NCBI GenBank assembly: GCA_030390025.1 | Contig: CM059432.1 | Span: 133,240,001-133,304,000 of the forward strand | Length of the DNA: 64,000 bases | Reading direction: 5' to 3' | From: Squalus acanthias | Taxonomy: Eukaryota | Part shown: piece by piece, positions 47,601 to 59,645 of the stretch | Numbering within the stretch: the first letter of the stretch is position 1 | How the letters are laid out: each line of letters opens with the position of its first letter | Notes under the pieces: model-generated | Seen by the model: the letters and a program-made list of their open reading frames with translations, nothing else | What the model was told of the DNA's origin: nothing | The model's database searches: none | Made by a program: the position numbers and the translations under genes

Positions 47601-50600
47601 TCTGTCTCCAGATAGAGTTAGGATCTCTGTCCCCAGATAGAGTTCAGATCTCTGTCCCCAGATAGAGTCAGGATCTCTGTTCACAGATAGGGGTAGGATC
47701 TCTGTCCCCAGATAAATTCAGCATCTCTGTCCCCAGATAGGTTTGGATCTCTGTCCCCAGTTAGAGTTAGTATCTCAGTTCACAGATAGAGTTACGATCT
47801 CTGTCCCCAGATAGAGTCAGGATCTCTGTCTCCAGATTTAGTTAGGTTCTCTGTCCCCAGATAGTTTTAGGATCTCTGTTCCCAGACAGAGTTAGGATCC
47901 CTGTCCCCAGATAGAGTTAGGATCTCTGTCCCCAGATAGAGTTCGGATGTCTGTCCATATATAGAGTTAGGATCTCTGTCCTCAGATAGGATTAGCATGT
48001 CTGTCCCCAGATAGGGTTAGGATCTCAGTCGCCAGATAGAGTTAGGATCTCTGTCCCCAGATAGGGTTAGGATCTCTGTTCCCAGACAGAGTAAGGATCC
48101 CTGTCTCCAGATAGAGACTGGGTCTCTGTCCCCAGATAGAGTTAGGATCTCTGTCCCCAGATAGAGTTAGGATATCAGTCCCCAGATATAGTTTGTTTCT
48201 CTGTCCCTTGATAGAGTTAGGATCATTGTCCCCAGATAGAGTTAGGATCTCTGTTCACAGATAGAGTTTGGATCTCTATCCCCAATAGAGTTATGATCTC
48301 TGTCCCAGATAGGGTTAGGATATCTGTCCCCAGATAGATTTGGGATCTCTGTTCCCAGATAGAGGTAGCATCTCTGTCCCCAGATAGAGTAGGTTCTCTG
48401 TCTGCAGATAGGGTTAGGATCTCTGTTCACAGGTAGAGTTAGGATCTCTTTCCCCAGATAGTGTTAGGACCTCTGTCCCCAGATAGAGTAAGGATCTCTG
48501 TTCACAGATAGAGATAGGATATCTCTCCCCAGATGGGGTTAGGCTCTCTGTTCCCAGATAGATTTAGGATCTCTGTCCCCAAGAGAGTTATGGTCTCTGT
48601 CCCAGATAAGGTTAGGATCTCTGTCCCCAGATAGAGTTAGGATCTCTATTCACAGATAGATTTTGGATCTCTGTCCCCAGATAGATTTAGGATCTCTTTC
48701 CCCAGATAGAGTTAGGTTCTCTGTCCCCAGAGAGAGTTATGATCTCTGTCCCCAGATAGAGTTAGCACCTCTCTTCACAGAAAGATTTCGGATTTCTGTC
48801 CCCAGATAGAGTTAGCATCTATGTCCCCAGATAGAGTTAGTATCTCTGTCCCCAGATAGGATTAGAATCTATGTCCCCAGACAGGGACAGGATCTCTGTC
48901 CCCAGACAGAGATAGGATCTCTGTCCCCAGATAGGGTTAGGAACTCTATCCCCAGACAGAGTTAGGATCTCTGTCCCCAGATAGAGTTAGGATCTCCGTC
49001 CCCAGATAGGGTTAGGAACTCTGTCCCCAGACAGAGTTAGGATCTCTGTCCCCAGATAGAGTTAGGATCTCTGTCCCCAGATAGGGTTAGGAACTCTGTC
49101 CCCAGACAGAGTTAGGATCTCTGTCCCCAGACAGAGTTAGGATCTCTGTCCCCAGATAGAGTCAGTATCTCTGTCGCCAGATAGTGTTCGGATCTCTGTC
49201 CCCAGATAGAGTTCGGATCTCTGCCCCAGATAGAGTTTGGTTCTCTGTCCCCTGATAGAGTTAGGATCTCTGTCCCCAGATAGTGTTAGGACCTCTGTCC
49301 CCAGATAGAGTAAGGATCTCTGTTCACAGATAGAGTTAGGATCTCTCTTCCCAGATAGATTTAGCATCTCTGTCCCCAGATAGAGTTAGTATGTCTGTCC
49401 CCAGATAGAGTTAGCATCTCTGTTCACAGAGAGATTTAGGATCTCTGTCCCCAGATAGAGGTAGGATCTCTGATGCAAAATAGGTTAGGATCTCTGTCCC
49501 CAGATAGAATTAGGATCTCTGTCACCAGATAGAATCAGGATCTCTGTCCCCAGATAGAATTAGGGTCTCTGTCCGCAGATAGAGTCAGGTTCTCTGTCCC
49601 CATATAGAGTCAGGATCTCTGTTCACAGATAGAGTTAGGATCTCTCTCCCCAGATGGTGTTAGGCTCTCTGTTCCCAGATAAGGTTAGGATCTCTGTCCT
49701 CAGCTAGAGTTAGGATCTCCGTTCACGGATAGATTTTGGATCTCTGTCCCCAGATAGATTTAGGATCTCTGTCCCCAGATAGAGTTAGCATCTCTCTTCA
49801 CAGATAGATTTAGGATTTCTGTCCCCAGATAGAGTTAGCATCTATGTCCCCAGATAGAGTTCGGATCTCTGTTCATAAATAGAGTTTGGTTCTCTGTCCT
49901 CAGATAGGGTTAGGCTCTCTGTCCTTAGATAGGATTAGAATCTATGTCCCCAGACAGAATTAGGATCTCGGTCACCATATTGAGTTAGGTTCTCTGTCCC
50001 CAGATAGGGTTAGGATCTCTGTCACCAGACAGAGTTAGGATCTCTGTCCCCAGATAGATTTAGGATCTCTGTCCCCAGATATATTTAGCATCTCTATTCA
50101 CAGATAGATTTAGGATCTCTCTCCCCAGATAGAGTTAACATCTCTGACCCCAGATAGAGTCAGTATCTCTGTCGCCAGATAGTGTTCGGATCTCTGTCCC
50201 CAGATAGAGTTAGGATCTCTGCCCCAGATGGAGTTTGGTTTTTTGTCCCCTGATAGAGTTAGGATCTCTGTCCCCAGATAGTGTTAGGACCTCTGTCCCC
50301 AGATATTGTTAGGATCTCTCTCCCCTGATAGATTTCGCATCTCTGTTCACAGATAGATTTAGGATCTCTGTCCCCAGATGGAGTTAACATCTCTGTCCCC
50401 AGATAGAGTTAGTATCTCTGTCTCCAGATGGAGTTAGAATAGCTGTCCCCAGATAGTTAGGATCTCTGTTGGCAGATAGAGTTAGGATCTCTCTCCCCAG
50501 ATAGAGTTAGGATATCTGTTGCCAAATAGGGTTAGGATTTCTCTCCCCAGATAGAGTTAGGATCTCAGTCTGCAGATAGGGTTATGGTCTCTGTTCACAG

Positions 50601-53600
50601 ATAGAGTTAGGATCTCTGTCCCCAGATAAAGTTAGGATCTCTGTCCCCAGATAGAGTTAGGATCTCTGTCCCCAGATAGAGTTAGGATCTCTGTCCCCAG
50701 ATAGAGTTAGGATCTCTTTCCCAGGATAGAGTTAGGATCTCTGTCCCCAGATAGATTCAGCATCTCTGTTCACAGATAGATTTAGGATATCTGTCCCCAG
50801 ATCGAGTTAGCATCTCTGTCCCCAGATAGAGTTAGGATTTCTGATGCCAAATAGGGTTAGGATCTCTGTCCCCAGCTAGAATTAGGATCTCTGTCCCCAG
50901 ATAGAGTCGGGATCTCTGTCCCCAGATAGAATTAGGATCTCTGTCCCCAGATAGTGTCAGGATCTCTGGCACCAGTTAGAGTAAGGATCTCTGTTCGCAG
51001 ATAGAGTTAGGATCTCTCTCTCCTGATGGGGTTAGGCTCTATGTTCCCAGATAAGGTTAGGATCTCTGTCCCCAGCTAGAGTTAGGATCTCTGTTCACAG
51101 ATAGATTTTTGATCTCTTTCCCCAGATAGAGTTAGGTTCTCTGTCCCCAGAGAGAGTTAGGATCTCTGTCCCCAGATAGAGTTAGCATCTCTCTTCACAG
51201 ATAGATTTAGGATTTCTGTCCCCAGATAGAGTTAGCATCTATATCCCCAGATAGAGTTTGGATCTCTGTTCATAGATAGAGTTTGGATCTCTGTCCTCAG
51301 ATAGGGTTAGGATCTCTGTCCTCAGATAGGATTAGAATCTATGTCCCTAGACAGGGTTAGGATCTCGGTCACCATATTGAGTTAGGATCTCTGTCCCCAG
51401 ATAGGGTTAGGATCTCTGTCCCCAGACAGAGTTAGGATCTCTGTCCCCAGATAGAGTTAGGATCTCTGTCCTCAGATATATTTAGCATCTCTGTTCACAG
51501 ATAGATTTAGGATCTCTGTCCCCAGATAGAGTTAGGATCTCTGTTGCCAAATTGGGTTAGGATTTCTGTCCCCAGATAGAGTTAGGGTCTCAGTCTGCAG
51601 ATAGGGTTAGGGTCTCTGTTCACAGATAGAGTTAGCATCTCTGTCCCCTGATAGGGTTAGGATCTCGGTCACCATATAGAGTTCGGATCTCTGTTCATAG
51701 ATAGAGTTAGGATCTCTGTCCCCAGATAGAGTTAGTATCTCTGTCCCCAGATAGATTTAGCATCTCTGTCCCCAGATGGAGTTAGGATATCTGTCCCCAG
51801 ATAGATTTAGGTTCTCTGTTCGCAGATAGAGTTAGGATCTCTCTCCACAGATAGGGATCGGATCTCTGACCCCATATAGAGTTAGGATCTCTGTCCCCAT
51901 ATAGAGTTAGGATCTCTGTCCCCAGCTAGTTTCAGGTTCTCTGTCCCCAGATAGAGTTCGGATCTCTGTCCTCAGATGGGGTTCACATCTCTATCCACAG
52001 ATAGAGTTAGGATCTCCGTCCCCAGATACAGTTAGAATCCGTGTCCCCAGACAGAGTTAGGATCTCTGTTCACAGATTAGGTTAGGATACCTGTCGCCAG
52101 ATCGGGTCAGGTCTCTGTCCCCAGATAGGGTTAGAATCTCTGTCCCCAGATAGATTTGGGATCTCTGTACCCAGATAGAGGTAGGATCTCTGTTCACAGA
52201 TAGAGTTAGGATCTCTGTTCTCAGATAGAGTTAGGAGCTCTGTCCCCAGATAGAGTTAGGATCTCTGTCCCCAGATAGATTCAGCATCTCTGTCCCCAGA
52301 TAGGGTTGGATCTCTTTCCCCAGATAGAGTTATGTTCTCTGTTCACAGATAGAGTTAGGATCTCTCTCCCCAGATACAGTTAGGATCTATGTTGCCAAAT
52401 AGGGTTAGGATATCTGTCCCCAGATCGGGTTATGATCTCTGTTCACAGATAAGGTTAGGATCTCTGTCCCCACATAGATTTATGATCTCTGTCCCCAGAT
52501 AGGGTTAGGATCTGTGTCCCCAGATAGAGTCAGTATCTCTGTCCCCAGATAGTGTTCGGATCTCTATCCCCAGATGGAGTTAGGATCTCTGCCCCAGATA
52601 GAGATTGGTTCTCTGTCCCCTGATAGAGTTAGGACTTCTGTCCCCAGATAGAGTAAGGATCTCTGTTCACAGATAGAGTTAGGATCTCTCTCCCCAGATG
52701 GGGTTAGGCTCTCTGTTCCCAGATAGATTTAGGATCTCTGTCCCCAGCTAGAGTTATGATCTCTGTTCACAGATAGATTTTGGATCTCTGTCCCCAGAGA
52801 GATTTAGGATCTCTTTCCCCAGATAGAGTTAGGATCTCTGTCCCCAGATAGAGTTAGCATCTATGTCCCCAGATAGAGTTCGGATCTCTGTTCATAGATA
52901 GAGTTTGGATCTCTGTCCTCAGATGGGGTTAGGATCTCTGTCCTCAGATAGGATTAGAATCTATGTCCCCAGACAGGGTTAGGATCTCAGTCACCATATT
53001 GAGTTAGGATCTCTGTCCCCAGATAGGGTTAGGAATTCTGTCCCCAGACAGAGTTAGGATCTCTGTCCCCAGACAGAGTTAGGATCTCTGTCCCCAGATA
53101 GAGTTAGGATCTCTGTCGCCAGATATATTTAGCATCGCTGTTCACAGATAGATTTAGGATCTCTGTCCCCAGATAGAGTTAGCATCTCTGTCCCCAGATA
53201 GAGTTAGTATCTCTGTCCCCAGATAGAGTTAGGATCTCTGTTCACCAATAAATTTTGGATCTCTGTCCCCATATAGAGTTAGGATCTCTGTCCCCAGATC
53301 GAGTTAGGATCTCTGTCCCCAGATAGAGTTCGGATCTCAGTCCCAAGATAGATTTCGGATCTCTGTTCATAGATAGAGTTAGGATCTCTGTCCCCAGATA
53401 GGGTTAGGATCTCTGTCCTCAGATAGGATTATTATCTCTGTCCCCAGATAGAGTTAGGATCTCGGTCACCATATAGAGTTAGGGTCTCTGTCCCCAGATA
53501 GAGTTAGGATCTCTGTCCCCAGATAAAGTTAGGATCTCTGTCCCCAGATAGATTTAGCATCTCTGTTCACAGATAGATTTAGGATCTCTTTCCCCAGATA

Positions 53601-53748
53601 GAGTTAGGATGTCTGTCTCCAGATAGAGTTAGGGTCTCTGTTTACAGATTGGGTTAGGACCTCTGTTCCCAGATAGTGTTAGGATCTCTGATCCGCAGAT
53701 TGAGATACCATGTCTGCCCCAAACAGGGTTCGATTCTCTGTCCTCTGA
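23685..53748. repeat. 25-bp satellite array, ~30 kb, ~1200 monomers (consensus GAGTTAGGATCTCTGTCCCCAGATA), with higher-order duplications
   Basis: 25-bp period throughout in a single orientation; rare variant monomers recur at multi-kb offsets; degenerates at ~53690-53748. Confidence 0.98.
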
Positions 53749-53924
53749 TGTTATTTAGAAATTTCCTGCCTAGTGGTCACAAAACACTCTGGGTATTGTC
53801 GTTGTACAGAAGCAGAGTAATAACTGCAACTCCCATGATGCATACATAACTTGTTGACCTATGTCACCATCCTTCCCTGGTCAATTTCTACCTGGCTGTC
53901 ATGTGTCATGGCTTATCATGCTGC

Positions 53925-54375
53925 CCTCTGGGATTTTGACCCAGCGACGATGAAGGGATACTGATATATGTCCAAGTCAGGATAGTAAGTGACTTGGAGA
54001 GGAGCTTGGAGGTAGTGGTGTTCCCATGCACCTCCTGCCCTTGTCCTTCTAGGTGGTAGCAGTCACGGATTTGGGAGTTGCTGTCGAAGAAGCCATGGTG
54101 AGTTGCTGCACTGCATCTTGTAGATAGTACACACTGCGGTAGTACATTGATGGTGTAAAGGGTGGGTGTTTAGGCTAGTGGATGGGGTGCCGATCAAGTG
54201 GACTGTTTTGTCCTGGATGGCGTAAAGCTTCTTGAGTGTTGTTGCAGCTGCTCCAACCCAGGCAAGTGAAGAGTATTCTGTCACACTCCTGACTAGTGCC
54301 TTGTAGGTGGTGGAATACTTTGAGGAGTCAGGAGGTGAGACACTCACTGTAGAATACCCAGCCTCTGACCTGCTC
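53925..54375 (-). mobile_element. Non-LTR retrotransposon ORF2 C-terminal fragment (CR1-group, family uncertain)
   Basis: Encodes YKALVRSVTEYSSLAWVGAAATTLKKLYAIQDKTVHLIG, a YKxxVRxxxEY...W...LxxIQ pattern typical of LINE C-termini. Confidence 0.8.
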
Positions 54376-55173
54376 TAATAGATCCTTGTAGCAGCCTCCT
54401 CTCCCTCCATTGTGGCCATACTGAATTAGCTGTGCAGGCCTCAGACTCTGCGAAAGCCTACAAGGGTGCAGCTCCTGCAGTCTTTGGGGCACCTCCTGTT
54501 CCTCTAATTCAGTCAACGCCTTTTGTGGTATTGCAGCAGCGGTTATGCTATAGTCCCGCAGGCAACTTCCCTGAAGCCAATGGCAGGCACCCTCTTGGTG
54601 ATGGGAATCCCAGCGGGAGAACAGAAAATGATCCACACTCCATGGAAATAGGTCAGTGCTGGGTGGTTTTCGAGAAGTCCTGACCTGCTGGAACTCGGCC
54701 CTGAAGAGGATACGGCCCAATCATTAAATCTCTGAGCGCACTTTCCGATGCGATGCTATTGATAGGTGTGGTGCTGCCAAGGAATGCTGAATGCAATACT
54801 TTAATTATATAGATATTAAGGAGGGAAATTATTCTAATATCGCTTAAGGTGCTTGGTTGAATGCCATGTGGGTGAAAGATGTGCACATGAAAATAAATCT
54901 AACCCAGTGAAGAACAATATGCTGTTATTTGAAACTTATTTCACTCATTTTCGTTTAGGACTAGTCTCAATCAGGTGACCCAAAGTAATAAAGCACATGT
55001 GGAAATTTGGTAGTCCGATAAGCTTTGGTGATGTGGCCAGTGAATGGACCCTTTGGTATCACCACACACAATAGTCTTGTTCTGCTTTGAAGTATCTCAA
55101 TTCATATTCTCTTCGTCAAAATTTGGAAGGCACAGCATTATTGTGTTGTCCATCGAATAAAATTAAAATGCCA

Positions 55174-55634
55174 TGTCACCCATGGCTCAGTGGGCAGCAC
55201 TCTTGCCTGCTGAGGCAGAAGGTTGTGGGTTCAAGTCCCACTCCAGAGACCTGAGCACAAAAATCTAGGCTGACACTCCAATGTAGAACTGAGGGAGTGC
55301 TGCACTGTCGGAGGTGCTGTCTTTTGGATGAGACATTAAACCAAGGCCCCATCTGCCTCTCAGGTGAATATAAAAGATCCCATGACACTATTTTGAAGAA
55401 GAGCAGGGGAGTTATCCCCAGTGTCCTGGCCAATATATATCCCTCAAACAACGTCACTAAAAAAAACAGATTATCTGGTCGTTATGACATTGCTGTTTGT
55501 GGGAGTTTGCTGTGTGCAAATTGGCTGCTGCATTTCCTACACTACAACTGCAAAAGTACTTCATTGGCTGCAAAGCGCTTTGGGAAGTCCTGAGGTTGTG
55601 AAAGGTGCTATAGAAATGCAAATCTTTCTTTTTT
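55174..55634 (+). mobile_element. Full-length Deu-domain tRNA SINE
   Basis: A-box TGGCTCAGTGG (55183), B-box GGTTCAAGTCC (55228), Deu core and L2-like tail. Confidence 0.88.
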
Positions 55635-55766
55635 CAACTTCTGGCATATTGGGCACTAATGAATCATTGGAAAAACTAAGGAAACATCCACTGAACAATT
55701 AGATTAAGGGCACACAATAACACTCATTGATCTATTGTGACCGTAACTATGACACATATAGTGAAC

Positions 55767-56480
55767 ATGATGCGGAGATGCCGGTGTTGGACTGGGGTGG
55801 ACAAAATTGAGAGGTCGCACAACACCAGGTTATAGTCCAACAGTTTTATTTTAAATCACAAGCTTTCGGAGTTACAACTCCTTCGTCGGGTGAAGTGAGG
55901 AGATACAGAATCGTCAAAGCATATATAGATAGAGAACAATGCATGTGTAACTTACAATTGCAGACAACTAAATTCAATCATCCTGACTGTTTATCTGCCG
56001 AGGTGTGATAAAGTTAATCAGGTCAGCCAGGAAGGAACCACATCAAAGACATAGCAAGATACAACTGAGACAATGAGGTGGAGTCGCATGGGGACTAACG
56101 TGTCAAAAGCTGCCGTCTGTATGTAAAACGATTAACTTTAAAATTTTTACTTTTTTACTGGGAATCACATCTGTGAACAAGCCAACGACGACTCGAGTCC
56201 GGATCACGTCATGTATCGTGACATAAACCCAAGATCCCGGTTGAGACCGTCTTCATGAGTGCGGAATTTAGCTATCAGTTTCTGCTCGATGATTTTGCGT
56301 TGTCGTGTTTTCCTAAGGCCGCCTTGGAGAACGCTTACCCGCAGATCCGAGGCTGAATGTCCTTGACTGCTGAAGTGTTCCCCGACTGGGAGGTAACAAT
56401 CCTGCCTGGCGATTGTTGCGCGGTGCTCGTTCATACGTTGTCTCAGTGTCTGCATGGTCTCGCCGATGTACCATACATAT
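55767..56480 (-). mobile_element. Penelope-like retroelement 3' fragment (GIY-YIG endonuclease C-terminal part and 3' region)
   Basis: ORF 56204-56491 reads YIGETMQTLRQRMNEH...VGEHF...GH...EQKLIAKFRTHEDGLN (YIG, R..EH, H, E, GLN motifs); hammerhead-like motif and AATAAA downstream. Confidence 0.9.
55856..55893 (-). ncRNA. Minimal type I hammerhead ribozyme motif with a core U-to-C change
   Basis: Minus strand: UCAC CCGACGA A GGAG UUGUAA CUCC GAAA GC UU GUGA; stem I UCAC/GUGA, stem II GGAG/CUCC, palindromic stem III AGCU. Confidence 0.7.
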
Positions 56481-58426
56481 AGTGAACCCATACAAGATAT
56501 CCCTAATGTTCCCCCTCGGTTTTTTACAACATGCTCTCTGTATGGGTCCCAAAATCATTACACAGGGGAAATAAAACAGAAAATGCTGGAAATGCACAAC
56601 TGGTCAGTCAGTAGCTGAAAGAGAAAGGCTAAGGTTTTGGTGTGATTCTTCACAAGAACACACGGCTGTTCTTTTACCTCCTTTATGGAGGAGAGGTTTT
56701 CTTACATTTTAATGAAGGGTAGGCTTAAACCCCTCCCAATAAAAGACACACACTTTACTCCAATAACACCTCATGAAAGAGAGGAAATTATTCATTTTAA
56801 GTATTTCCAGACTCCCAGTTGCTTCAGTTTCCTTTCTTACAATTATTTAAATCTGGGTATTTAAGAACATATTTACACAACATTCTAATCCCTGTTTTGA
56901 TTTTGGCATTCGGATAGGCTTTTTAAAAAAATAGTTTGGCTGTCGCGTCATCCGTACCTGAGCAATCGATAATATTTGAACTGAAATCTGACTGCAGCGT
57001 TTTGAAAAACATAAGGGACTTTAAGAGTGGGAGTGTTGCAAAAGTAAGACAAAGCAGATTTGGATGGTCAGCACTGCACCTTTAATTTAGTAAATTTATG
57101 AGGGACGATATCAGTAAAAGATATGTGAAAAGGGGGCGGGAGAGGTTATTTTAGGTCCTATCTTGCCTTTTTAGAAGTGTACAGCATTTTTGTGCCACAA
57201 ACAAAGCTTTTTTCCATGGAACCTATTTTAAGTTCTTCCCTAAAACTCTGAAGAAGTACAATATCCCTTTATGCGGAGACGTGACTTGTGTCTACGCATA
57301 CGTAAGGTCCACTTCAAGTTATGTTCAAGTCCGACGAGTCGTCTGTGACCATCCTGAATAAAAATGCCCTTTAAGAGCCAATTTGAACAAGTGAAAGATA
57401 CAGACCATGACACAGACTTATTATGCACTGTGAAAACGACACTGCTTGGAGACATGGCCCTGTTTTTGTATGTCTTTTAAGACTGCAATTTTCTTTGTTG
57501 CTAACAAAAATAAGTCAGGCGCTTCAGGGCTCTTGGGCTCGAGCTGACAAGTGATGAGGAGATCAGGGTGAATCATTTCTACGCATTGTGACAGGTCCAT
57601 GTCACTGTCACCAGGCCACTTGCTTTGCTCCGTGACATTATTTGTAACTTCCAGCATATTTACCAGATACATAACTTCAAACTGACTATTTAACTGAGAC
57701 ATACCAGCCACTGGCCCACACATTTGCAGGACTTCAGTAGAGCTCCTTTGTCGCTTGATGATACGAAGTGACAGGGACGTGCAATGAACAGCTGACGCGC
57801 AGGAGGCTTGCAAGGTGACATCCTAAGCAGAGCTGAATGGAAATGCCCTGCACTACAGTACTTGGAAAGAGCACGCTGCCTTGAAGGAGTCTGCCCCTGA
57901 TGGATGTCAATAGGTGGCGCTTTGGTACAAGAGCACTTCCAGTCCTGGAATGTGTTCAGATGTTATCAATGTGTAATGTTAGTTCTAGTTTTACACACAA
58001 AGCAGATTAGTGGGGCACGCTTGATCATAACTCTTGTTGGCTGTAAATGCATTTTCTTAATTTTATTATATAAAGAAAGCATATTAAAATTATTATTTTC
58101 TCTCATTCCTCCCCAAATTAATATTGCATATTTTTGATTTTTTTTTTAATTTGCCACTAAAATTCCCTATGGGTAAGCAAAATAAAAAACTTACAATTAC
58201 CAAACAATTCTCCTCTGTGGCGGGACTCCAATCCCAGTAATTTAACTGCAGTTTAGACATGGCACTCCTTCTGTTCTGGTTGTGCTAGATGTGTGGGTGG
58301 TGACTCAAAAGATGTAAACGCATTTAGTAAATGAAAAATGTTCTTGGATTGAAAAGGTCTGATGATTAATTAGCGATGGTGGCACTAACATGAAGGCCCC
58401 ATAACCCATAGGTGCCCCCCTGGAAA

Positions 58427-58972
58427 GGCACCCTGTTAAGGAATGAGCACCCTGTTAAGGAATGAGCACCCTGTTAAGGAATGGGCACCCTGTTAAGGAA
58501 TGGGCACCCTGTTAAGGAATTAGCACCCTTATAAGGAATGGGCACCCTGTTAAGGAATTAGCACCCTTATAAGGAATGGGCACCCTGTTAAGGAATTAGC
58601 ACCCTGTTAAGAAATGGGAACCCTGTTAAGGAATTAGCACCCTGTTAAGGAATGGGCACCCTGTTAAGGAATTAGCACCCTGTTAAGGAATGGGCACCCA
58701 GTTAAGGAATGGGCACCCTGTTAAGGAATGGGCACCCTGTTAAGGAATTAGCACCATGTTAAGGAATTAGCACCCTGTTAAGGAATGGGCACCCTGTTAA
58801 GGAATTAGCACCCTGTTAAGGAATGGGCACCCTGTTAAAGAATGGGCACCCTGTTAAAGGATGAGCACCCTGTTAAGGAATGGGCACCTTTTAAGGAATG
58901 GGCACTCTGTTAAGGAATGGGAACCCTGTTAAGGGATGGCCACTTGGTTAAGTAATGGGCCCCGTTAAGGAA
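58427..58972. repeat. 19-bp minisatellite (GCACCCTGTTAAGGAATGG/TA/GA), ~28 copies
   Basis: 19-bp period read directly. Confidence 0.97.
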
Positions 58973-59589
58973 ACCTTTATTCCGACTCATCCCTCATGCA
59001 TTGTGTCGTGTGCAAATCTGTGTCTTGAAATTTGACGAGCCCATTATGAGGTTTTCGCTCCAATTAGGTTATATTTTGGGGGTTGAAGCTCAGAACATTA
59101 CTTGCCACTGACAAATAGCTGCAATTTTCCAATTGTGTATAAGTCTGTTTCTTTTTTAAATATTTTCAGGGGTTTACATTTATATTGCGCCTTTAACAGT
59201 CAAGACCCGAGAACAATTCCCAGAGAATAAACAAAATACAATACACAATTCAGCAATCGGGCAAAGGCTGGAATGTGATGAGAACCTTTAACTGGAAGTT
59301 TACCTCAGGATGTACTCATTTGCAGGGATAATACGGTTCTTTGAGAATACTGCAAATAGTCTTATTAAGGTAAAATGCTATCCAAGTTGTTAAGAATTTC
59401 CTCTCATCTTTAAGGCATAGACCTCTCGATATGATTTTTGTGTTTTTGGTTGGTTTTTGGTACGAGTGCTTTTTGAACAATTATTGCTATGGGCAGATGT
59501 CCTCTGAAGAGAAAGAACAGGTTTGCGATTTTGCTACACATAAGGCACAGCGGAAATTCACCCCATGAGAATATGGAGCATTTCAATAA

Positions 59590-59645
59590 CCGTTTGCATT
59601 TATATTGTGCCTTTAACATAGAAAAACGTCCCAATGCGCTTCACA
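59590..59645 (-). mobile_element. L2 3' tail fragment
   Basis: TTGCATTTATATTGTGCCTTTAACATAGAAAAACGTCCCAATGCGCTTCACA is the reverse complement of ~21950-22000. Confidence 0.7.

Noticed and set aside
23685..53748. CRISPR-like array, or coding ORFs (LSGDRDPNSIWGQRS repeats) in the 25-bp satellite
   Set aside because: Monomers are head-to-tail with no unique spacers, there are no cas genes and the context is eukaryotic; the ORFs are chance read-throughs of a 25-bp period.
55174..55245. tRNA gene
   Set aside because: The A and B boxes are the head of a SINE that continues into the Deu core; the same applies at 13937 and 62000.
57240..57920. Possible host exon (130-aa and 71-aa minus ORFs, balanced composition)
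   Set aside because: No recognisable domain in the frames examined and no convincing splice pair; a translated search would be needed.
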